A stretch of 58,848 nucleotides of DNA, the filler included, from Jimgerdemannia flammicorona (taxonomy: Eukaryota): the NCBI GenBank assembly GCA_003990765.1. It is 2 parts of 2 records of this genome, joined end to end, with 100 filler letters (N's around TTAATTAATTAA, not from the genome) between each part and the next. Parts side by side here need not be neighbours in the genome. Positions count along the whole stretch, not along the records: positions 29,488 to 58,848 come from RBNJ01000501.1; 1 more part is not named here. One strand, written 5' to 3'. The position numbers and the translations under genes were made by a program. Positions 49,630 through 58,848 of the stretch are shown in pieces (position 1 is the first letter of the stretch; every line of letters starts with the position of its first letter). The notes beneath the pieces were generated by a model that was not told where the DNA came from, made no database searches, and saw nothing but the letters and a program-made list of their open reading frames with translations.

Positions 49630-50664
49630 ATATCTAGCATCACTACTATTGACTAAGTATAGTTAAGAAAATCAAGAACTATATTGCTAGTTGTAATATC
49701 TATCAGTACAACAAGTCTATTAACCTAGCACCAGCCAGTTTACTACAACCACTACCAATTCCAACCAAGAAATTTGATCAAATTATAATGAATTTTATAA
49801 CTCAACTATTATAAACTCAATCTGGTGCTGAAGCTATTGTTATATTTGTTAACTATCTGATTAAGACTATAGTTGCCAAACTAACTACTACCAATGCTAC
49901 TGCATCTAAGATTGAAAGAATCTTCTTTAAGTTTATCTTCTATCACTATGGCCTACTATGAGTAATTATCAGTAATTGTGATCTCAAGTTCACTAGTCAC
50001 TTTTGGCAAACTCTCTTCAAGACTCCAAAAATCAAATTGGCTATATTTACTGCCTTTTACATACAAACTAATAGACAAACTGAGTACATGAATAGCACTT
50101 TAGAACAGATGCTCAGAAATATATTTCTTATGAGTAAGATAATTGTGTCTATTACTTAACTTATATAGAACTTGTATATAATAATACTGTCCAATTATCT
50201 ACTAGTTCTTCAACCTTTTGGCTACTCTATACTCAAGATTCCAAGATCTCTATAAGTCTAGTCTCTTTAAGAAAAATAGTCAAATACAAGTCTCTACTAT
50301 CAAGAACCTTACTAAAAAAATAGATGAGCTAATCAAAATTACTACTGTGAACCTTCAGAAGGCCCAACAGTATCAAGCTAAGTATACTGATAAGAAGCAC
50401 TATAATATCACCTATACCATTTGTAATTAAGTTCTACTGTCTACTGAGAACCTCAAGATATAATCTCAAGTCAACTATCTATTAAACAAATTTCAACCTA
50501 AGTTTAATAGACCCTTTGAGATTACTGAACAAGTTTCTGCATTCTCCTATTATCTCAAGTTATCTGAAACCATAAGAGTATATCTAGTCTTTCATGTATC
50601 ACATCTCAAGACCTGAAACCAGCCACTACTTTACTTCAAAGCCATCTGTCTCTATAATTATTGA

Positions 50665-50828
50665 AGACTATATTGAGAATAAAGTTAAGAAAATCCTTAA
50701 TAAGTGAATTTGCTATGTATCATTATTCTGAATATCTGATCAAGTAGATGAGCTACTCTAAATATGATACAATCTGGGAACTACTGGTCAATCTCAAGAA
50801 CTCTCAAGACCTAGTTTAAGACTTTGAG
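50665..50828 (+). pseudogene. Chromodomain at the C-terminus of the C integrase
   Basis: ENKVKKILNK*I...EYLIK*MSYSKYDTIWELLVNLKNSQDLV*DFE matches decayed EVEKILDKR...EYLVKWxGYxxxDxTWEPxxNL. Confidence 0.82.
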
Positions 50829-51160
50829 ATAAAATATATTATTCAATCTCTATAGTGACTTTCTTAGATTATTGATGATCTATAATAATAATCAGTGCAT
50901 TATATGTTGGAAGTTTACTTTGAGACCCCAGAACTAGCAGAACATCTAGTGAATAAAATGTTTACTAAAATAAAGCTACTAGCTGGATTCAAACTCCTCT
51001 CAGTTGATTAGTCTAATAATAGACTCTCTGTCTTATATGTATAAGGATGATAAGTTCTTATCAATATACCAATATAAGTTTGAGAAATTTTGGTTAAGTA
51101 TATTTAGTCATATATAATCTAAAAACTCAATAAAAATGTTAGTTTTTAAAGAGAGAGAGA

Positions 51161-51583
51161 TATAATAATTATATAGTTATATTTTAGTCTTAGTACTTTT
51201 TGCATATTTTTGCTAGGCTTTTCTTACCTTTTCTTACATATTATACTTTATTTAAGTATCTTCCAAATATTTAGAAATCATTCTTATCTTTTCTCAGTAC
51301 TAAGTATCTTATCTTAGCTAATTATAGAATCTTTTGAAATATTGTAGAATTCTATTAGTCATCTTTGCTAAGAATCTATTTCTTGACTTTCTTTTCTTTT
51401 CTGAGATCCTTTCAGATCTTTTTTCAGATCTTATATAAATATTCTTAAATAAAGCTCAGAATATTTTCTTCCAGAATTTCTTCAAGAATACTTAAACCTA
51501 CAAGTATCTCTTTAAGCTACTTTAGGTGTACTAGAATCAATATAACTTAGCCACTTCCTCTTAAAAAATCTAGAACTATTATA
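51161..51583 (+). repeat. 3' LTR of C
   Basis: Follows the PPT and is homologous to 52769-53264. Termini decayed to TATAATA...ATTATA. Confidence 0.85.
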
Positions 51584-52768
51584 TCTTTATTACTATAGAC
51601 CATTATTTTGTCAATTAAAAAGATATTCTTTTCTATTTTTAGAGTATATAATATATATATCCTGGAAAGTACCAGTGGGCTCAGTAATATTTCCATAGTG
51701 ATATATACTGATATTTCCTCTTTCTTGATTATATATAACATTGTTGTCATCTAACTTGATAGATATAAGACTTATATATTGAGAACTATTCTTAGTAGAC
51801 TATTATATATTGTATAATATCTGAATCTATAAGTCAAATATTATTATTATTAGTAACATTAGTACCTCACTGGCTATATTCTTATTGATAGATAAATATA
51901 GATATTTCATATATAAAAAACATACTATCATTATTATCAATTTTGATAATATTTATATTATATTATTCTTTATTATCACATTTCTTTCTGTTACTCCCAT
52001 ATTACCAATACTGGCTTTTATACTTATTTTTATCATTTTTCTTATTCTCATAATAGTAATTATTTGGTATATATCTATACTTACTATAGTAATAGTAGTT
52101 TCTATTAAAATTTTCATATTTTTGATCTTATTAGTACTTCTTACCTCATCTATATAACCTATAGAATACTTTCTTATTATTGTCATTACCACTATTTCTT
52201 TAATGTATCTCTTATTAATAAGGTTTATTGTTATATAAGTATAGTCTATGAGTTTCCTGCTCTCATATATGACTATTACTATAATGTTATATATCTTAGA
52301 GAGATCTTATATAAGAGTCAGAATCTTGTCTTTATTGTTGATATACTCTACTAGTATACTTAGGAAATTCACCTGATTTACCAGATTATAAATATAATTG
52401 GTATATTTATAGATACTCTTCTTGAGTTTCATTTATAGATAAAATAGCTGAGATTTTAGATAAAATCAATTTAATAAAAATGCTGACATATGATAATTAT
52501 ATAGAGTCTTCTATATATTATGAGCTGTTATAGTATACATTATAAGTTTTATTTACTAGTTTGATAATATGAAAGCAATCTCTTATAATGTTTAGTAATT
52601 ATTTATAATATTATTACTAAATCTATACCTATTATTTAATTTAATTTAATTTTTATTTTTATTTTTTATAGTTACTTAAACTCCTTTATTATCTAATAAT
52701 CTCATATAATAACAAATCTCATATATCAACTACTATAATAATAATGTATAAATAAAAGACTTATTAGC
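51584..52768 (-). mobile_element. Ty1/Copia remnant 2 (gag/protease), related to remnant 1
   Basis: Minus strand reads I*LIDSDIIQYI (about 51804-51839), a decayed WLIDSGATQHI. Aligns with 26740-27500. Confidence 0.7.
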
Positions 52769-52843
52769 TGTAACAATTTCACAGTCATATTTAGTCTTAG
52801 TACATTTTTGTATCTTTTAGTTAGTCTTTTCTTATCATTTCTT

Positions 52844-52881
<38 letters not shown>

Positions 52882-53264
52882 GGACTCATAGTCCCATTTT
52901 TTGAACATTCTATTATATTCCATCACCTTCTACTTGCTTAGAAACCTTCTCTCAGCACCCAGATACTACTGAACATTCTTGTCTTTCTTTAGTACTAAGC
53001 ATCTTGTCTTAGCTAGCCATGGAACCTTTCAGAACATTATAGAATAGTATTAGTCAGTTTTGCTGAGAATCTATTTCTTGGTATTTCTCTTTCTTTCCAA
53101 GATCCTTCTGGATCTCTTTCAGATTATATATAAATATTCTTGTTCTCTGCCTGAATAAAGTTCAGAATATTTTCTCTCAGAAATCCTTTATCTTTGAGCT
53201 ACTTTAGGCCAACTAGAATTTCCAGATTTAGCTGCTTCCTCTTAAAGAAACTAGAACCATTACA
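52769..53264 (+). repeat. 5' LTR of D
   Basis: TGTAACA...ATTACA termini. TATA-like element near 53126-53135 and AATAAA at 53154. Homologous to 51161-51583. Confidence 0.88.
52848..52894 (-). mobile_element. Micro retro-insertion: about 16 nt plus a 31-nt poly(A), with a 12-bp TSD, inside the D LTR
   Basis: T31 at 52848-52878 followed by aatggactcatagtcc. Flanked by catttcttaaac (52836-52847) and cattttttgaac (52895-52906). Absent from the homologous C LTR. Confidence 0.75.
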
Positions 53265-54329
53265 CTTGGTAGCAATGGTATCATTATATCTTGCCTTATT
53301 AAGAAACCTCACATGAATTTAGAAACCAGTTACAACTAATCACATAAATCCAAAATGAGCCACAAAGAGTCAGTCTACCAGCTAGACCCCTCTGTACAGA
53401 AGAAGCAGGAGGATTACAGCTCAATATAGAAGATATGATCAATACCATGGCCCACCAAATTCAAGAACTTTAAGCACAACTAGAATACCAGAAAATACAA
53501 ACTATGGAAACATCACATCCTGCTATAGTATCAGTCAGTTTCAAGCCACTTAAGCCAGACACCTTTGACAGCCATTGAGGAGGACTATCTACAGATGCAT
53601 GAACCTTCCAGTTGGACCAATACTTCAAACTCACAAGAATGGAAGATGATATGCAAGTCTAATTTGCTGTCATACTTCTCTAAGGAAATGCAGCCATCTG
53701 ATAGTGCAATCATATCATGGTTACATCTGTATACTCATATACATAAATCAGAGATTGGGAAGCTTTCAAGAGAGCCCTTCACAAGCAGTTCAAGCCAGCT
53801 AATGCCACCAAGCTAGCCAGGGACAAGCTAGCAAACATCAAGCAACTCAAGTCTGTATAAAGCTACAATACATAATTCTTATCAATCCTACTTAAGCTAC
53901 CAGCAGTATCTGAGGATGAAAAGATAGACTGCTATGTCCAAGGTTTAAAGGGAAATACATGAGTCAAGGTCAAGCTAGAAGAGTCCAAAACTCTTGATAA
54001 AGTGATGAGAATTACTGATAGATTTGATGTCATCACCTTTGGTAACTGCTTCAAACCAGAATGCCACAAGAAGAACCACTTTGAGAACTGCTACAGAAAC
54101 CAACTAAGGACAGTTGGCCCAGCACCAATGGACTTAGATACTATGAATAAAAAGAACACCAAGCTTACTCCTGAAGAGAAGGACCATCTGAAGAAATCTA
54201 GAGCCTGTTTCTTCTATCATCAAACAGGACACATTGCAACCAAATGTCCTAGAAAGACTAGTGAACCCTCAAGACCAGTCACTGTATTGTCCAAGGACAC
54301 ACCTGTCAATTCTACCACCAGTTAACTTG

Positions 54330-54742
54330 AGCTCAAGGTCAAGAAGCTTCATCTAAAGGCCCAGGTCCCTCAATATCAAATAGAAGAAGTCATTGGTCTT
54401 GACCTATACTCAGTCAAACAAGTCACTATTCTAGCCAAGGGCCATACTCTAGTGCCTACTGGAATTGCAGTTCAATGTCCTAAAGGACATTATGCTAGAA
54501 TTTTACTGCAATCAGGACTCAGTGTCAAACATCATTTAGATGTGGGTGCTGGTATCATTGATCCAGACTTTTGAGGATAAGTTCAAGTCTTGCTTGTCAA
54601 TCAGAAGGATCAAGACTATACAGTTAAAGAAGGAGACCAAGTTGCATAAATAATCCTGGAAAAAGCCAGTCAACTCAAGATTACAGAAGTCCAAGAACTC
54701 CCTGAAACTAAATGAGATCAAAAGGATTTTGGTAGCACTGAT
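54330..54742 (+). pseudogene. dut: dUTPase domain of D, between the gag zinc knuckle and protease
   Basis: VIGLDLYS, LVPTGIAV, LQSGLSVKH, GAGIIDPDF*G*V, GDQVA*II, *DQKDFGSTD, then in frame LIFKGLVKGKEVQVLIDS. Confidence 0.92.
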
Positions 54743-57292
54743 CAAGCAGCAAGTCTTAGTGAAAATCAAGCTCAAGCTATGCTCATTTTCAAAGGCCTAG
54801 TTAAAGGGAAAGAAGTTCAAGTACTCATAGACAGCAGAGCTATGGAGAACTTCATTAATCAGAATCTCATTAAAAGCCTCAAGATCCTCACCAGGCCTGC
54901 ACCCAAGAATAATAGTATAGTTACTGCAGATGATACTCTGCACCCCATTAAGTCAATTACTGTCAAACTGCCCATCAAGATCCAGAAATATTGGAAATGA
55001 GTAGACTTTGAGGTTGCACTACTAGGAGATCATGACCTGATCTTAGGAAAACCCTGGCTTATGAAACACAACCCAGACATTGATTGGTGCAAGAATGAAG
55101 TCACTCTACTTCAAGATGGAGCCAATATTACAATCAAGACAGACAATATTACAAGTAAGACCCAGATTGCAATACTGTCAGCTATACAGTACAAGAAAGC
55201 ACTCAAGAAGGCAATACATGCCTTCATTGTAATGATCCACCCCAAGAAACAAGACAAGAGACTATTAGTTAATGAAAGCATCAAACTACTGCTAGAAGAA
55301 TTCAAGGATGTCTTTCCAGATAAGCTACCTGGTCTACCACCTATATGAGAAGTTGATCATGAAATCAAACTAACCCCAGAAGCTATACCACTTAAGAAAC
55401 ACATATACTACATATCACTACTCAAAATTAAAGCAGTCAAGAAGGAACTAGAAGAACTACATGCAAGAGGAGCCATCCAGTCAAGCAAATCTCCTTATGG
55501 CTCACCAGTCTTATTCATCAAGAAGAAGGATGGTACCCTGTAAATATATATAAACTATCGTGCACTCAACAAACTTACTGTCAAGAACTGCTATCTGCTA
55601 CCCTTGATTGATCAAATCTTTGATGCTCTCAAGAATGCTAAGTACTTCACCAAGTTAGACCTCATGTCAGGATACCACCAGATTTGAATCAAGCCAGAAG
55701 ACATTCTCAAGACTGCATTCATAACCCCCTTTGGACTCTACAAATTCCTGATCTTAGCATTTGGTCTCACCAATATACCCACTATATTCTAGACCCTGAT
55801 GAATAAGATATTCAAGGACTAACTATTTATTTTCCTGTTGGTATATCTTGACAACATCCTGATCTTTAGTGCAACTAAAGAAGAATACCTCAAATACATT
55901 CAAATAGTCCTAGAGATCCTGCAAAAATACAAGCTTTACACCAAGCTTAAGAAGTGGGAATTCTTTAAGGAACAAGTCGAATATCTTGGCCACATTATCT
56001 CTATATAAGGAATTCAAGTAGACCTACACAAGATAGAAGCAATTGAAGAATTGCCCATTCCATCAAATCTCACAGAACTCCAATCTTTCCTTGGTCTAGC
56101 TGGCTATTACTATCACTTTGTCAGAAATTTCTCTGGCATTACTGAGCTGCTGACTAACCTCATGAGGAAGGCCCTGCACTCAGACCACTATGTACCCTAC
56201 ACCTGAGACCTCTTCTGTCAACAAGCCTTTCAAGAACTCAAGAACTACCTGACCTATGCTCCAGTCCTGCATAATGCAGATCAAGGCCTGAAATTCACAG
56301 TTACCACTGATGCATCAAATTTTGCTATTAGAGCAGTCCTGTTACAAGATGATGGCAAAGAACATTACTCTATTACTTTTGAGTCCTACAAGCTGGCCCC
56401 AGCTGAACAAAAGCTAACTACTCACAAGAAGGAACTACTAGCAATAATACATACACTAGACTACTGGTGATACTATCTAGAAAGTTTTGAGTTTGATGTC
56501 ATTACTGATCATCAATCTCTCAAGTATATCAACACTCAACCTACTGTCACATCTTCAAGCCAAGTGGAGCCTCAAGCTTCAAACCTTCAATCTGATAATC
56601 ATCTATAAGTCTGGCAAGACACTTGTAGTACCAGATGCCTTATTAAGATGCCCAGACCTCGCTAGAATCATGCAAGTCACCTTGGTATCAGAATTTCTAG
56701 ACCAAATCAGGCAAGCTTACAAAGAAGATACAGTTGCCACTAGAGTTTTCTCAAATGAACTCAAGGATATATATACTGTTGAGAACAACCTGATCTATTA
56801 TCAAGATCAAGTCTACTTACCTAAAAACATGAACCTATACTATAAGGTTTTGCAAGAATACCATGACTCTCCTCTTGCCAGTCATCTGGAAATTGAGAAG
56901 ACTGTCAAGAACATCCAACACTGCTATTATTGACCAAACATGGTCAAGGAAATCAAGAACTATATTGCCATCTATAATCTATATCAGTGCAACAAGTCTA
57001 CCAACCAAGTACCTATCAGTTTGCTATAACTACTGCTAATTCTTACTAAGAAGTTCAAGTAAGTCACTATGGACTTTGTAACTCAACTACCATGAACTCA
57101 ATCTGGCACTAATGCTATGATTGTATTTGTTGACCACCTGTCCAAGACTATGGTTGCTGAACCAACCACTACCGATGCTACTGCACCTGAGATTGCAAAA
57201 ATCTTCTTCAAGTCTATCTTCTATCACTATGGTCTACCATGAGTAATTGTTAGTAATTGTGACCCCAAGTTCATCAGTCACTTCTGGCAAAC

Positions 57293-58838
57293 TGTAATAG
57301 AATGACGAATGATGAACGACGAATGACGAATGATCACGTGACCCGGCAATGACGTCATCATATGATCAAGTACAGCATATAAATAATGATACAAATGAAT
57401 AACACAGAAAACAATATTCAGCTTATCCCCAACAATTGGCGCTGCAGCAACAGTTGCCACAGTTGCTGATCATTGCCTAGTAATTGAGGTCCTGATCACA
57501 AAGTTGTTTTTGCCAAAAACCACCTGACAAAGGTCGCGATCACAAACCTCATTATAGTTACCAAATTAGTCACTCATACTTAGTCAGAAATCGTGGACCA
57601 ACTTGTATAAATACCCCCCAGTTTCCATTCAAAATAAAGCAGTTTTAGTTCAGTCCTTGATATAAGAATCAAGTCCCCCCCACACACACACATTCCCCTG
57701 AGTCTTAGTAATGACATCTAAGTGACTCTAGTGTTTCTGACTAAACTCTAGAAGCCTAGCTAACTTCTGCCAGAACTGAGACCAGTATATAAATCCCCAA
57801 AGACTTAAGTAAACCTATTGAACCTGAATTCCAAGGCGAATTCAGTCTGTGCATAGCAAAAAACAAGACCCTCAAAATAGGGCACAAGAGAAAGATCTTT
57901 GAAACAGAAGGCAACAGAGAAAGATCTTTGAAAGATAAGGCACTGCCACTACAACTACTTACTAGCGAGCACTTCCTCAAACTGAAGGCTTCTTGGTACA
58001 CATTGTGTACTAAGTTCCTAAATAATAGTCCACTTCCCTAATTATCCTAAGGATAAGAGAGGGGTAGAAGTGAGAGTTATTACAACTTGGTAGCAGCGGT
58101 TTACCAGCCAAGAAGGCACCAAAGAACACACTCCTGAAGTTGGAACAAGACCAACCTTGGACAGGAGTAACCCCCAGAAATAACTGTGGATCCCCAAACC
58201 AGAGCCAGAGAAGCCCTTGCCATTAGGACCAGGTGGTACCAGGAAACCACAGACCCAAGGACTCACCAGCTTGTAATTGACCAGGCTTACAAAGATCTAT
58301 ACCAGGTCTTTAGGACATACCACCCAGGACTTAGGAATATTGTTAGCCGCCATAGGTTCTACGAACTCCTCTGAGGACACATTGGAACCACTAGGACCCC
58401 AGAATCTACTGCTGTAGCCACCCAGGATTTTTTAGATTATATTACACCCCCTGCTGCAAGAGAAGCAGCTGCCGAGTGGATTGCCTCTGACAGGTACCAT
58501 CATACCCCTACCAAGACCTCCCTCTACTACAGGCTAGTTGTATACTATGCCTCTGCCATAACTAGATACAAGAATGAGCAAGCAGGCCCATCAACCCAGA
58601 CAGAGACTGATATCCTCTTTGAAGGACCTAGTCAGTACAAGGATGCACTATCTCATCAGAGAAGGGAGTCAGATAAAGAATCTATAGGTCACCAGTCTGA
58701 TGATAGCCAATGAGGAACAGTAGGCCTAGGAATTTACCAAGGAACCACAGGTCAAGAAGATCAGACCCCAGAACCAACTCAGCCACCTATACAGAGGTTT
58801 GGTTTACCCTCTCTCACAGGACTCTTTGACTTAATATC
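57293..58838 (+). mobile_element. 5' end of LTR retrotransposon E: LTR 57293-58084, PBS and start of a decayed ORF
   Basis: D integrase (FWQT) stops at TGTAAT. The LTR ends TATTACA at 58084 and is followed by TGGTAGCAGCGG (58088-58099, initiator tRNA-Met type). TATAAA at 57606 and AATAAA at 57633. Reading frame from about 58186. Confidence 0.82.
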
Positions 58839-58848
58839 TTTTTTTTTT

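Larger units (their letters stand above)
35369..51583 (+). mobile_element. Chromovirus-type Ty3/Gypsy element C (gag-dUTPase-PR-RT-RH-IN-chromodomain), split by element B, heavily mutated
   Basis: 35369-38859 plus 49630-50010 is colinear with element D. Decayed PBS TGATAGCAG at 35382. Purine tract at 51148-51160 and 3' LTR at 51161-51583. Confidence 0.9.
52769..57292 (+). mobile_element. Chromovirus-type Ty3/Gypsy element D (same family as C), interrupted in integrase by element E
   Basis: 5' LTR, PBS TGGTAGCAATGG at 53267. Gag GPAPMDLD and CFFYHQTGHIATKC, then dUTPase, PR VLIDSRA, RT SPYGSPVLF / [10 protein letters not shown] / YLDN, RH TTDAS, IN HDSPLASHLE and VTMDFV. Confidence 0.93.

Noticed and set aside
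52726..52926. Poly-lysine ORF
   Set aside because: Produced by translating the inserted poly(A) tail.
51161..53264. A small LTR element bounded by the two similar LTRs at 51161 and 52769
   Set aside because: The first LTR follows the PPT of C and the second precedes the PBS of D. They differ by several indels and the sequence between them is older antisense Copia.

Overview
This window is eukaryotic DNA, most likely fungal, and is almost entirely a nested cluster of decayed transposable elements. I found no intact host gene. It is two contigs joined by an artificial 100-bp spacer (N44-TTAATTAATTAA-N44, 29388-29487). Left contig: a very decayed Ty1/Copia element carries insertions of two Ty3/Gypsy elements (G1, G2), a full-length processed pseudogene of ribosomal protein S5 (poly(A) tail, 12-bp TSD) and a structurally complete Ngaro-type tyrosine-recombinase retrotransposon with A1-ORFs-B1-A2-B2 split direct repeats. 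A 5'-truncated L1/Tx1-like LINE sits inside the G1 integrase. Right contig: a near full-length LINE, a chromodomain Gypsy (C) interrupted by a 10.8-kb Gypsy (B) that itself holds a hAT MITE, a second Copia remnant, a second copy of the chromovirus (D) and the start of another LTR element (E). Main observations: (1) all five Gypsy pol regions encode a dUTPase, in two different positions; (2) the non-chromovirus Gypsy elements share a homologous non-env accessory ORF3, which in G1 appears to lie inside the LTR; (3) they carry extra Cys/His zinc modules in pol; (4) the Ngaro element has a 9-copy repeat/spacer array after its recombinase; (5) host mRNA has been retrocopied; (6) mutation between LTR pairs is transition-dominated, with many CpC-context changes. 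All alignments and counts were done by eye.
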